From Pseudovirgaria hyperparasitica (lineage: Eukaryota): a stretch of 64,000 nucleotides of DNA. Positions within the stretch are counted from its first letter, which is position 1, and the number at the start of each line of letters is the position of its first letter. Below the pieces are notes generated by a model. It was not told the DNA's origin and ran no database searches. It worked only from the letters and a program-made list of their open reading frames with translations. The stretch lies in NCBI GenBank assembly GCA_010093815.1, contig ML996582.1, one strand, 5' to 3'. Made by a program: the position numbers and the translations under genes. Shown here in pieces: positions 37,168 through 51,854 of this stretch.

Positions 37168-39294
37168 GCTGTAGTTGCGGAGGTTCTGAGGACCACGATC
37201 GCAAAGTTGAAGTTGGAGCCAAAGTTATAGAAGTCGAGCAGTGAGCAGATGCAACAATGACGACATTGGGGGAAGCAAGGCCAGCTGACACAGCTGAAGC
37301 TTAGGTGCGTGTCTCTGTTTGACGATCAAAGTGAAATGAAATGAGACATGTGTTGTGCACTCAGTGCATCATGAAATTCGAACTGCATGTGCACTACCTT
37401 ACGGCTTTATAGCATTTCTATTGGTGGTCCAGGTAGCAGTACATATTGCCGTTCTCTCGCCGTCTTCACAATGTCATGTTTCAAGTTCCTTGCCGTCTTT
37501 CTTGCCTGTGTTCGTCCACGATTGGTCTCGTACTGCGAGGAATTGGTCCCTGGTAATTGCTATCCCACATAACGTGACAGTTGATAACGCGAACCATGAA
37601 CCGCGCATATCGAAAGCGTACATTACGCTGATACTTTGATCAGAAAGGAGGATGCGATGATCTTCGTCGACCAGCGCATCGATGTACAGGAGGCTAGAAA
37701 TCTGCTGGCGATTGAAAATGATAGTGGACCGTATGACTTGAATTATGCCAACATATTGAAAGAGTGAGACCATTACGAGAGAAAACTCGCACCAGGTTGG
37801 CCACATCAAGATCAAGGCACGACAAAGGAGAAATATACACCCGTAATTATAGCTGTAAATAACCATAGACATAGGACAAGTGTACCAGAGCACAGAAGGA
37901 AAGTTTTGCTGGGGAAATGTATCGACAGGCTACCATTCAAGCACAGGGCAATTTCAAATACGCTGCTTATGAGCGTCTTTCAAGAGAACAATAGCATGAA
38001 GCGGGACAGAAGCCTCAGGATAAAGTTCTTGGAGACATACATGAACGTGAAGGAAGGGGTTTAAAGGCCCCAGCAAGACTTGGGGAAATGCGTGAGTAAA
38101 AATGCGTAAGAATCAATAAGAAAGTCGAGCTTCAAATGAAGAGGGTTCGCAACGAAGCGGAACTGAAGGTCGTCAAGTCGCGCAAAGAGGGTTGAAAGGA
38201 TAGCCAAGTGTGCGGACGAGACAAAGGCCCGTATATGTGATGTGATGACTTAAAATATTGAAAGAAGGCTTCATAGCTTTCGACTAATCTAGACTGGACA
38301 ACAAGCGACGCAGGCCGAAAACTCGTACAAAGCCAAGCCCGAAGTCAAATGTATCACCAATGACCCAGCCCCTAGAAGCCAAATTGACACCACAAGACAT
38401 TGACTGGAAGCTGGCTCAAAGGGCCCACACAGAAATCTGTTTCAGCAAAGTAAGACGGGAAACCTTCCAAAAATTGGCAGAAACAGGGTTTATATCGTTG
38501 TAGACTCTGCAAATAACGGGGACGCATGTGTTTAACCTACACATTTCCCGTTACCATTTTTATTGTTGCCCTGCGTGTTGCACTCAGTTTTGCCGTTGTT
38601 GCTTGGCTTGTATCAAATTCGGAACAGAAAAGGAGGCACATAGAGCATGTTAGCAACGCTTAAACGTGAACACAGATGTCTAGCTGATTGCCGGTATAGG
38701 TTGTTCACCAACGGACGAAGATCTTGACGGAGAGAAAAGTGTGTTCTCATATGATGAATGGAGCGTATATATGAGAGCATTCGGGTCAATGTATCGCAAG
38801 GTGAGTGACATCGCTCGGCATAAAACGAGAAGACCGTGTTGTGTTGTATGTTTCGAGCTGTTGCTTAGAGATAAATACAATGAACAAGGCGAGACTCAGC
38901 CGTCTATTGAATATCTATATTTCTTGAGGATTGAACTCAGTGTTGATCTAGCAGTCGGGCGTTCATTCATGTTGATCAAATATAGGCTAGTGGCATAATA
39001 TGTCATGTTCGATTAGTGCAGGGACGAGCGTGTATATCTTCAATCTGCAATGAACGTTACCGTGTGAAAGCTGTCGATCTGGGATGAGAGAGCTACGATC
39101 TATGTCGCTGAAGCATCGGATCTTGGAGATGACGTTAGGGTGTCTACTAATGGCCCGTAAGAGTGACTCAAGACAAAATAAGTTAGCTACTTTGGTGGAA
39201 GCTCGGCACATCTATGGACGGATTCTGCCGTTACGTTCACCTCAGCAAGTCTGCATTTGGAGAGAAGCATCAGCTTTTTATACCCAGCATTATC

Positions 39295-40458
39295 ATGACG
39301 CCGCGAATAAATCTCTTCTCGGCCTCTCGCTCTCTCGTTCTCCGCTCAAAGCCTTCATGCGCATTATCGCGCGGCAGTCAAGTCGTCTCTCGTCAAACCG
39401 TACCGGCCTCATGCCGCAGCTACGCCGAATCCAAACTACCAAAGGCTGAGCCCGGCCAGAAGGGCATGAATGAGGAGAGTCTACCTCATGTCAGTGAAGA
39501 AGCTGCTGCTGTCGCTGGAACGACCGGTGGGACCGGGCCAGATCTAAGCCAAGGCACACCTGTGGAGGAAGTATGCTGTCTTATATACATTGGGTGTGCT
39601 GTTAGATGCTGATTGTCTCGAATAGGCTGTCAAAGGCGAACAGAAGACCCAAGATAACCTTCCCAAAGTTATGCAACAGGAGATCAAGCAAGCCAACAAG
39701 CCTTCAGGCTCTCGACCGTTCTCTACATCAGCACGTCAATCGCAGCTCGAGCCTATGCAAACCTTTCCAGCTGGATTGATGGCTTCCAGCGCCCCACCAG
39801 CCATATCCGGCTTCAAATTTGAGCCAGTACAGATGCCAATTCCGCGAGAGCAGGTCATGAAGTATCGCTATCACGATGTCGTCGAGCAAGTCACGAATCA
39901 CATCATGATCGATGGGAAAAAGAGCCAAGCGCAGCGAGTAAGATAGATCGGTTTTCTACCACCCTCCTTACAATCCCACAAACAAGGCGAAGCGTCTGAC
40001 CATAGCTCTTCTAGCACGTGAATGTCGTCCTCGAGCGTCTCAGTCTTTCATCACCTCCCGTCTACAATCCAAGCACGCCGCTTCTACCCGGAACGCCACC
40101 GCCTTCCCATCTTCCTTTGAATCCGATACTCTATATGACTCTTGCTATCGACGCCGTCGCCCCCCTCGTGAAGGTAAAGCAACTCCGTGGACTCGCTGGT
40201 GGAGGCAGAGCCCTGCAAATGCCAATACCCTTGTCGAAGCGTGTTCGGAGACGGATTGCCATTGGTTGGATCATCAGTGCCGCTACAAGCAAAAAGGGGA
40301 ATGGTGCAAATAAGGATGCCTTTGGACAGAGGTTAGCAGATGAAATGATAGCGGTGGTAGAAGGCAAAAGCTCGGTATGGCAGAAGAGGTTGGAATTTCA
40401 CAAGATGGCCACAACTGCTCGTGCAAATGTTGGCTTCAAATTTCATAAACGCAAGTAG
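39295..40458 (+). CDS. RSM7: Mitochondrial ribosomal protein uS7m; 3 exons
   Basis: Presequence MTPRINLF, VEQVTNHIMIDGKKSQAQR, LAIDAVAPLVK..GLAGGG, RRIAIGWII and HKMATTARAN. Confidence 0.9.
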
Positions 40459-41962
40459 GCAAGGCCACCTCCTCATAGTGTATGAGTAGCGGGCTGATAG
40501 AATACTTGTAACGCGAGGCTTTGAGTGTGAAGCATCTCAACTGGAATATAAACACTCTCGCAGATTCGATGACTCCGATATCACATTTTGGAGAACGAAT
40601 ACTAGCCGAGGGACAAGTCGCTTTGGACTCTGGCTAGTACATGAGCTTCTTAAATTGCAGTCGATGGGCACGTCGTCTCAATCCATCCGATGTATGATTC
40701 GAAATGACTCGTCTAGTATTCATCTCGTTCGCAATCAACACCCTGTCAATCAAGCCACGTTTCAAAAGACAACGCCCCAGTAGCAGATGACTAGAACTCG
40801 CTCATTACGCGCCGAATGAAGGGAGCTGTGTAAAGCATGCGCCTAGTGCATATCATAGTAGCTGTAGCACGGACACGAGCTATGAATAAGTGGAAATCAA
40901 AGGCACTCTGCTGGAAGGGGTGAGATACTCTGAAAGGAGCTCCCATAATCATATACGTGTATATCATATGCTCAATGCTCCGGGTGCAGTTAGATCAGGT
41001 CCACACCTAGGTCATAGGGTGATACCTATGTGACCCAGGGTCTGGCATGCATGAGCGGAATGTAGTGATCGAGTGCATGGAATAAACCTTCGCGCATGCA
41101 GGTGTTTGTGGCTCTGCTTCGGCCCACGTCGGCGGTGGAGTGACTGAGGACGGGTGACGTTGGACAGATGCACTGAATACGCATCCCGACTATCGTGATT
41201 ATAGAACGGAGGGCTACCGGCTATTGTTGCTACTGTTGTGTCGAGGCTTTCCCATAACCGTAATACATAATGATTCATGAAAGCTTGATACTCAATTCAG
41301 GGGATGGCTGGCAAAGAGCTCTAAGATGAGTGCTACACTACAACGCCCCGCATGACTCTACGAGGACCTAAAGTGCATTATTAATGTAAGTGTGTAAGTT
41401 CAAAACTGGGCAATGAATATATGTTCACCAGCAATGCCTTATAGTGGAGGAACTCAGGCGAAGCTCGTGGTTGAATGTTACATACGAACACCAGTCAAAC
41501 ATAGATAGGCACGATCGACAGCAATTGTGTAGCTGTCTCGGCCCGTTCCATTCACTTTCCGCGAACCATGTTTTAGTCATTGTCTTGAACTGTTCTATTT
41601 GTATTGCCCTATTTTGCTGTATACCATTCGCGAACGATCTTCCATTGGCTGAAAGAATGTCGTCGATGATGTAACAACAATGACGACAAAGACTTAAAGC
41701 AACTATACCGAGTCTCCGCTAACGGCGTTAGTACGGACTTAGGAAAGCGATGCCCATGAGGTTTATAAATGAATGGAGGTGCAGGAAGACTAGAACCGGG
41801 GGCAGCGCATATAGTCCTCCTATTGCCGTGGACGACTGGTCCCACCATAAATACAGCTTGTTCGCTACGTTCGTTGGCTGTGCAATTTTGTCTTCATTTA
41901 CTCCCTCTGGATTGGATTGCGGATTTCTCCCTCGACGCCATTTGAGACCAAGATCATACACC

Positions 41963-43127
41963 ATGTCTACCAACGATAAACAGAAGATGGGATATACCTA
42001 GTAATGCAGCTCGATACGGGATCGATACGCTATAGCTAACAGCAATTGCAGCCTGGGCAAGTCCGGCCTAAAAGTCTCCAAGGTCATTGTTGGAGCCATG
42101 AGCTATGGCTCACCAAAATGGCAAGAATGGGTGCTCGATGAGGAGAAGGCACTGCCTTTGCTTAAGCACGCCTACGACAATGGCATTACCACCTGGGACA
42201 CCGTAAGTTGCAGCAGAAGAGCTACCTAGCTGGAGTAGCTGTTCCCCGGCGCTAACGAGTCTATGACAGGCTGATGTTTACTCTATGGGAGAGTCTGAGC
42301 GCATTATCGCCAAAGCGCTCAAACAATATAACATTCCCCGCAACCGCGTCACTATTCTCAGCAAATGCTTTTTTGGTGTTGCTGACGATGGTACTCAGCC
42401 TCAGATTGGCGTTGTTTCAGACAACAACAACGATTACGTGAATCGCGTTGGTCTGTCAAGAAAACACATATTCGATGCCGTTGACGACTCAGTGGAGCGA
42501 TTGGGAACCTACATCGACGTGCTACAAATCCACCGACTCGATCAAGGCACTCCCAAGGAGGAGATTATGCGCGCATTGAACGACGTTGTAAACAGCGGCA
42601 AGGTGCGATACATTGGCGCAAGCAGTATGAATGCTTGGGAGTTCCAGATGCTTCAAAACATTGCCGAGAAGCACGGATGGCATCAATTTATCAGCATGCA
42701 GAATTACCATAACCTTCTTTACCGTGAAGAAGAGCGCGAGATGATTCCGTATTGCAAATACACAGGCGTTGGCCTCATTCCGTGGAGTCCGGTCGCACGT
42801 GGCGCGCTTACCCGCCCATGGTGCAGCCGTGACACACATCGCGAGAGGACAGATGGTGCACTAAAGAGATTAGTTCGAGAGAAAGAGTCTGAGGTCGACA
42901 AACTCATCGTGGATCGTGTGGAGGAAATTGCTAAGAAGCTTGGTGTCAGTATGGCTGGCGTCGCTACTGCTTGGAGTATCCATAAAGGAGATATCCCTAT
43001 CATAGGTCTGAACAGTAAGGAAAGAATCGAGGAGACCGTGATAAACTCCAATATAGAGCTCACGGATGAGGATGTTGCATACTTGGATGAACCGTACATA
43101 CCCAAGGTAAAGGTGGGCCATACCTAA
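41963..43127 (+). CDS. Aldo-keto reductase (aryl-alcohol dehydrogenase/YajO-like); 3 exons
   Basis: LGKSGLKVSKVIVGAMSYG, TWDT|ADVYSMGESE, GLSRKHIFDAV..SVERLGTYIDVLQIHR, MQNYHNLLYREEERE and IPWSPVARG. Confidence 0.93.
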
Positions 43128-43331
43128 GCGAATACGAATCAGGCTTTTGTTAGTACTAAATTGATATGGTGTTCTAAAATCACACTCTTTTCGTTATTCA
43201 CACTCTTCCTACCGGCAGCGGGCATCGATGTGCGAGTCGAATAGTCAGTCGAATGTGTATTGAATGGAGTGATTCGGGCACGCTCGAAACTGTTATATGC
43301 ATGCATTTTCCTAGCGCCAAATGCTCGCCTT

Positions 43332-44018
43332 TCATTGCCACTTCGCCAGGTTGTTGGGTATAAGTATCGCGAGTGACTCCAGAAGCTTCTCGTGTGCTTG
43401 CACCTTCAACTTCATGATGTCTTCTCGGTCCTGTAGTGTGGTGTTCGTACGCGTCTGCGCGAAGCCAAAGACCACTGTAAAATCAGGCAGTACGGTGAAT
43501 GGAGGCACAATTGTACCAGGAGAAACAGTACAGTACTATTGCAAGTCAGCATTGCTAAATTGCAGCTGGTTCATTCATACCTTGCCAAGTACGCATCCGA
43601 TGCCTACCTTGGCACCACTCTCGATGATAGTGCCCTCACCGATCTCCTTGGCCTCTACCACGGCTAGACTCTCAACGACAACATGTCTGTTCAGGGTGGT
43701 ACCCCTTTGCGTCTCTTTTTCTGACTTGTCCTCGCTGTACCTGATACTATTGTCTGAAATGCCTATTGTGGCCTTCTCCCATATAACGCATCCCTCATTG
43801 AGCGTGACCGGTGCAACGTTAGATGAAATGCGCGAATAAGGATGTAGCACGGTGTAAGGACCCAACGAAATACGATTCATTCCGCTGAGAGAAGCATGGC
43901 CAGCGATAATTGCACGAGAGGAGCTTGAGAGGGGAGGCTTCGGGGCTGAGGCGGCGGTGGAGGCCCTTTTCGTTGGGCCACTCGCAGATGCACGCTTGAT
44001 AACTTGGGAAGACGACAT
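43332..44018 (-). CDS. Dynactin subunit p27 (DCTN6)-like left-handed beta-helix protein; 2 exons
   Basis: Hexapeptide repeats (IGEGTIIESGAKVGIGCVLGK|YCTVSPGTIV..LPDFTVVFG) and a C-terminal helix ending LIPNNLAKWQ*. Confidence 0.75.
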
Positions 44019-44246
44019 GATTGTACCTAAGCCAAAGGCTTCGAATTTGACAGTCGAAGAAATGTTAGAGTGAGTATAGAGCGCTTGGTCAGCAACACAG
44101 ACTTGTGAACTTTAAGAAGAGATCCTAGACCTAAGTGGATGCGTGCACTAGTACGGATTCGTCCATCAGGTAGGTGATACTTTGATAAGCTCGCATTATT
44201 GTAGAGTATATAATAGATCTTTAGTCCAAACTCTGATAATGTGCTA

Positions 44247-44328
44247 GGCATGATGGCCGAGTGGTCTAAGGCGGTAGATTTAAGCTCTACTGGGGAAACC
44301 CGCGTGAGTTCAAACCTCACTCATGTCA
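44247..44328 (+). tRNA. tRNA-Leu, anticodon UAA, intronless, long variable arm
   Basis: Acceptor stem GGCATGA/TCATGTC+A, D-arm with A-box TGGCCGAGTGG, anticodon stem GTAGA/TCTAC around loop TTTAAGC, T-loop GTTCAAAC, and a downstream T-run terminator. Confidence 0.95.
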
Positions 44329-45052
44329 CTACGTTTTGTTTTGCTGATCTTTCAAAGACACTATGATGCTTATATCTTGTATGTCCAAGCTGCTTGCAAG
44401 CAATCGAATATCATTTCGTCCGTAGAGCCTTGAACCCCGGGTTGCTCTCCAAGTTACTCAGAACCGGATGACTATCTACGACAGCGGGGAACACCTGCCA
44501 AGTCGAAGAGAGCTTGGCAATTCCTGGAACAGTGAAGCGGCGCTTATTAGTAGTTCTTTCTGGCGCATTCATCTCAATCACTGTTCATAACATTCCTGGA
44601 CCGCTTCTTCACCCACTGAGCTATTTTTGCAGTGTTGCTTACCATCTCGTAATGCCCACTTTCGCATTCTACAACGTCGTTGCTGTCCTCTTCGCAGACA
44701 GTGGCTGAGCATATCCGTGTTTGTCGACAGGACCATCGACCCACTTCCCAAGGACTCCTTGATCGATCGTTACAAAGCAGATGCTTAAGAATTCTACTGT
44801 GACTACTGCCTGAAGTGACGCCGGTGCTGAGTCATTGCTAATCTGGTGTCTCACAGTCTTGTCAATTGGGGCGCCGTCTAAGTAGCCATTCCAAAGCTTT
44901 GAACTGGTCTATCGGTTATACTTTCACGCCAGGCGCAACAACTTGCGTCACTCGTTGATCTCTCGACCCTTCACGATATTCATTCATCCAGATATATTCA
45001 TATTCATATTCAACAACATAGCGTTGTTGTGCTGCACATATAAATAAACAAC

Positions 45053-47331
45053 ATGTCTATGGAGTCAGCATTAGATGAGGAGCGGCGCGAGATAATGGCC
45101 CTACTCGAAGGACGTCCTGCTCCGACGCCTCAGCGAGCTCGCGGTACAAGCTCCCCAAGACGCTCAGAGAGTCCCACAGCAGCAGCTACCAAATCGCCCG
45201 TCAGAAGTATGCTAGATGTCGGTTCCACATCAGCCGTACGCAGACTACCACCCCGAAGTATGCTCGATATAGCTGAGGCCCCGGCAAAGAAACCTACCAG
45301 AAGTATGTTAGATGTAGGAGAAGCTCCGTCTACAAGAAGTATGCCGGAAGCAGGTGATGTCCCAACGAGTAAATTCATACGGGCCACAAGCGACAAATCC
45401 GAAGCTTTCGTTAGCAAGCCGACACGGAGCATGCTGGATATAGGCGAAGTCCCAGTGAAGAAGCCAAGGCATGTATCGGTGGCTGGGGCTTCAAGTGCCG
45501 GGATGAGAAGCCCAGGGCTGAGTTCTGGACACTCATCTACTCCTGGACAGCCAGTCAACCCGGAGCAAGCCTACCAATTCGATCCGCTACCTAGCGTTGA
45601 GGCGCACGCTCTACCGAAGTACGTGAGTCAAGGTGGAAGGAAGAAGGACAGGCCACTTGGGTTGACACCTGGTCTACCGCCGCGAGATACTGGGCGGCAC
45701 CATTCCACATCAGGGCTCTTCGGCAAACGTCAATCGAAGTCGCCTTCGACACGTTTTCATGCTGGTCGATCTCAATCACCTGGTGGAACTATGTTATCAA
45801 ATTCCTCGAGAAAATTAGTATCAGATTCAGGCAAAGTGCTTGACATGGATAATGCGTATCGCAAACTTTCGGATGCGGCGCTGCTACGTTCTGGAGGAAC
45901 TTTGTCAAGCTTAGCGAATCGAAAAGCTTCGGCGAGCTCGTCACAAGCAGATAGCACTGAAGGAGTACGATTAGAAAAGGACTATTTTGGTGATGACGAT
46001 GAAGACGTTGTGGAAAGTAGCGATGATAATGATTCTGATGCAAGTTCCGGGACTGAGCACTGGGGTTCGGAAAAGCCACGAGGCAGGCGACGGCACAAGG
46101 AGCATACTTCGCTCGCGCCTGGTGACGAGGCGAAGGCTAAAGATGGGAGCGCTAGAACTCCACAGAGTCTCCTAGCTGCTGCAGAAGACGAGCGTGAGTC
46201 TCCCGAGAGGATCACCATCATTAGGACATCTAACATTATGCATAGGGAAGGAGCTAACAGCTACCCACAAATACCGCTCATTGATAGAACCGGCTGTTAC
46301 CGTGACTGGTCCAGATGGTGATAAGATGACAACTATGAAGAAATCTGGGGTTCATCCCAACACCAGCTTCGATCAAGGCGGTTCTGGAGTATCGACACCA
46401 ATGAATTCGGATTATGAGGCTGAAATCTCGGAGATAAAGCGAGCACAAAGAATGGCTATGACGATCTCACCAATACATTCAACTCCTGAAGCTCACAGAT
46501 GCGTTCGCCAAGTGGTTCGCGGCGAATACATGAGTTTTCAAACCGAGGCCGAACAAGGACTTCGGAGGCAGCGAGTGTACCTTGTCGCGACTGATCTTAG
46601 TGAAGAAGCAGCGTACGCATTGGAATGGACAATAGGAACAGTTCTTCGGGATGGTGATACCCTTTTGGCTGTTTATGCTGTTGACGAAGAGATTGGGACA
46701 GGAGCCGAGTCTGCTTTGGGCAACGGTGTTACTGCGGCGGACGAAGCATATTCTTTAAACAAGACACTTTCAAATTCGCCCCCTAACAGTCCTACAGACG
46801 AAACCACTCAATATGTGTCTGCTGAAGTCGATCGACCGCCAGATCTAGCGAGTATGGAGAAAGCAGAACGGGAGCGATGGACAGCCACAATGGAGGTCTC
46901 CGACCGGTGCGTAAAGCTTCTTCGGAAGACGAAGCTACAAGTCCGGGTCGTGGTTGAAGTCTTCCACTGTAAGAGTCCTAAGCATATGCTTACGGAAGTT
47001 GTGAGTTCTACGCTCTTTGCCGTATATTTTCCTCTATTGACACCACCTAGATTGACTATCTGGAACCAACGCTGGTCATCCTGGGCTCACGCGGACGTAG
47101 TGCACTTAAAGGGTATGTACTCGCATATCCATATATGCAAAGTCCTGAATGATATCTAATAAATTTAGTGTTCTCCTCGGCTCTTTCAGTAATTATCTGG
47201 TCACTAAATCCTCCGTTCCCGTAATGGTCGCGAGGAAGCGTTTGCGGAAGCATAGCAAGTACAAGCGTAATAATCTCCGATTATCGAACGTCATTTCGAC
47301 ACGTAGATTAGAGAGCGCGAAGATAGATTAG
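45053..47331 (+). CDS. Universal stress protein (USP)-domain protein with a long disordered N-terminus; 4 exons
   Basis: MSMESALDEERREI, YLVATDLSEEAAYALEWTIGTVLRDGD, CKSPKHMLTEV|IDYLEPTLVILGSRGRSALKG|VLLGSFSNYLVTKSSVPVMVARK. Confidence 0.9.
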
Positions 47332-47952
47332 TTGGGAATCACAATCTTTCTCATCGCTCTCCTGGTATACATGTAGTCCGCAGGCATCTTGGTATAACCG
47401 GGCAGGTACATTTGTTCTAGCCTAGACCCATATGTTGGTACTTCCATACATTGACACATTCCTTTGTTGATCAAAAAGACTAAACGAGTATTATTACATG
47501 CTTCATTTTAAGTGACATATTGTATCTGCCAAGGCGGCCAAAACAGGTACCTGTGTATCTCGCATCCAAGTTCGTGTGCAGGGCCGGCGCACACTTCTTG
47601 CATGATATACACGTGGACGTTGTGGCGTAGTCTGTGACTAAGGACCGGCAAATGACAATGGACGCGCAATGCCTAGGAATGGCCGTCTGGGTGGCGGCAT
47701 ATCGACATCGACCCAGACGGTGACGTAACGTGCATATCACACCTCTTGTAATTACTCAGGTACGGAGATTTTGATAGTAGAATGTACTCACGGATTAGAA
47801 GAGCGATATTAAACGATGATAATGTTGAGAACTTCTAGGTCCTTGCGCCCAGAGACTCATGTATTGCTAACGACTACAATATGGTATGGATACGAGAATT
47901 GCCCCGATACCCGGAGTCTCAACGCCCAACTGAATATTGAATCCAACTCCCA

Positions 47953-48978
<1,026 letters not shown>

Positions 48979-51854
48979 GATGGCGGCGATATAAGTGAGT
49001 GTCTCTTGTGTTGAGTTAGCAAGGTTGTTTCGGGGGTATTTCTTTGGTGTTCTTTTATTGAGGGTGGACAGTGGCAGGAAGAAGGAAGGTGGAGAGAGAG
49101 AGAGGTTGGGTTTATGTATGCGTAAGGCGGCAATGGGCGCAGCGATGTGTAATCAGGTCCGTGCGCCTTTCACCTATGAGAGCCCACTCTAGCAGCTTCT
49201 ATCAGCTCCAGGCGCAGCCTCCGTCACTACGTAACCTTATCGTGCAAGTCACGCTTGAGCACCCTGAGCTCATCATTAACCATCGCCTCAACTCCTCTTC
49301 TCCATAGAGTCAGAAACACTTTGGGGCCCTTCAATAGCGCTCGCATGTGGGTTTAACCCCTACAGCAGGGACGCCGTTAAACTTGTTTGTTCCAGAGTCG
49401 AGGAGACTCCGCAATCGGCTGAGCCACCTTTGATGATAGGTATAGGTATGTGTTGCCGCGTGACAACTATATCACTATCACACACCACCCGCCACTTCTG
49501 ATTGAGATTAACTCAGCAAGTCGAGAACAGCAAGGCGCTCACACGATGGGAACTATATAGATGGAAGTGAAAACACTATAATTAGTGAGCAAGCACAATA
49601 TCACACGATGTTGATGGTGACGAGGTCGTTCTAAATTCCTACATCTCTTGCTACTATACATTGTATGAATGACTAATGCTCATGCTAAGTTGGATACTGG
49701 TTTGTAAATGATTTTGTCCATCCGCAGCGAACCTCCTCCATATGATGAAAATAGTTCCATTCCACTTATAAACTTTCCTTGAGAACATTTTCCGCTGGAC
49801 TGATTATACCTTTGGGTATATATATCACGTGATTTTTTATAAACTGGAAAGAATCATAACAAGACGCTGTGTTTATCTGTCAAACAGAGAATCAGCCTCT
49901 GCGAGTAAACCTATAGAAGCACTTGGTACGTCGTAGATTATAATGCTCGCTTTGCAATACTAGACACCGCGATGACCTTTGGACACGAGCTGGCTGTAGC
50001 AATGCGATCATAAAGGTGATGCATGTAGAAAACCATCTTAGCAAGTCATTTAGGCCACAAGAGTGTAGAATGCTGTCCTAAAGAGTGACACTATGTATCA
50101 GCCGTCGAGATCTTTTGTCGTTGAAACTTGAAGCTACGAGAGTATGTCGGCATACTAAATGTCCGGGGTAGGCTTCAGCACTGAAATTGAGTGGGAGATC
50201 TTGGCCTTGATCCCATATTACATCAAAACTGCGCATGTGGAGGAGCTGCGTTTTAATAGGTCCAGTCGCAGTAAAACAACCCCAGGTCTCGGTGCATAGT
50301 AGTTTGACCAGTGGAGCAGCGTCTCAAGGTCTGGGGTAAGTCTGCACTACTGTGCATAAGATTATCAAATTAGACTTCGACAGGCTCAACCTGGTTCCCA
50401 AAGTCTCATGTCTTCATATTGGGAAACATGTAGACTGATCATAGCCGCCAGATCTTGTGATCTGGAACGTACATTAGTCTAATTTAAGTGCTGGCACCGT
50501 GATGAAGTCGAATGTTTGTTTGGTATTCGCTCAAGATTGTCCTGAAGCCTGCAATCGTACCAGCGGGAATTGGGTCTGTTCTGTAGCAAGACGGAAGCAG
50601 CAGGCAGGGGAGAAGCAAGCATTGAGGGAAAACATGGATGGTTACTTAACTTAGAGGTGGTCAGGGCGAAGAGTGGTGAGGTCGATTGGCCATCGAGCCA
50701 TCAACACTCGGCATTCTGGCCGGCATCCATACGCTTTTGGGCATGTGCCATCCCTACAATGGGAAGGGTTGTCTGGAACAAGTTGGCTGTAAACGGTATA
50801 AACTCTTATATGGCCGAAAGCCCCAGCACCCAAATTCTCCGTTGGACGATGATAGGCTGGTATCGATAATCGCCTACATCTCGCAGGTTGCTAATGGCGG
50901 CATACATATAGTTCCATGAAGCTATCGATATCGTCAGGGATGTTATCGGACATGTGCGGGGCTGCTTTACTTATGAGCAATGTGTAAGTCGTTTGTTATC
51001 ATAATACCACAGTATGAAAAGACTTCGCATTCGTTTTGACTGCGGGCTCGTCCCGCCTGATCGATGCAACCATGCGGCGCGATGGCATCCAGTGTGGATC
51101 AGCATTCCTTGATTCCTTGGGGGAGTCTGCTGGCAGCGCCAGAGGTTGCATGGATTCAGAGGGTACATTGTCGCACCGCCTTTCCTTCAAGTGGTCGAAG
51201 AGGTCCACGAGTCCTGCATGACATGATGGGCGTGCATCGTGATTGGAGTTGTTGGACGTGGCTGGGAGCATAGGTGGTGGTTGGGGTTTAGGGTGGGCTT
51301 AACGATGCATCGTCTTGCAGCAGTCTAGCAGACCGCTTCTTTGCCCCTCCCTCCATACGAGACCCGAGACACTCGCTCTGCTCTACTAGACTGTCCAAAC
51401 TTCTCTTCCTCTCACCACAACCGTCGCCGATTCACGAGCGATTCACCAGCTCCACCACTCAGGAGCCCTGCCGGCTCTCCCTCCAGGATGCCCTCTTCTC
51501 GTGCTCTCTGACACCCCGTTTGTCTCTGCTTGCTCCATCCTCTCTCTCTCCAGATCCATCTACCTGCCGTCAGTCAACTGCGCTGAAGGATCCGGAAAAT
51601 ATCTGCAATACAGACAAGCGAGAGGAGCTTGTGGCCAGCACCGCCTCTTCTGTCCTTCCGCGCGCCTTTAAGCAGGGCCGTAAATCTCCAAAACTCCCGC
51701 CCCTCCCTCCAGGCGGTGTGATTACGGTCCGCTTCGACCACCTCGCGATCCTACTCACCACCAGCTGAGCCTCTCCCTACCGAGACCTTACCTGATTCCT
51801 CACCTTTCGCTCTCAGCAGTACCAGTCCCAGGCGACTGTTGACCGTTCATTCTT

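Noticed and set aside
49300..51300. Long gap between UBI4 and the transcription factor with short ORFs
   Set aside because: No domain, splice pattern or RNA structure that I could support; treated as divergent promoter sequence.
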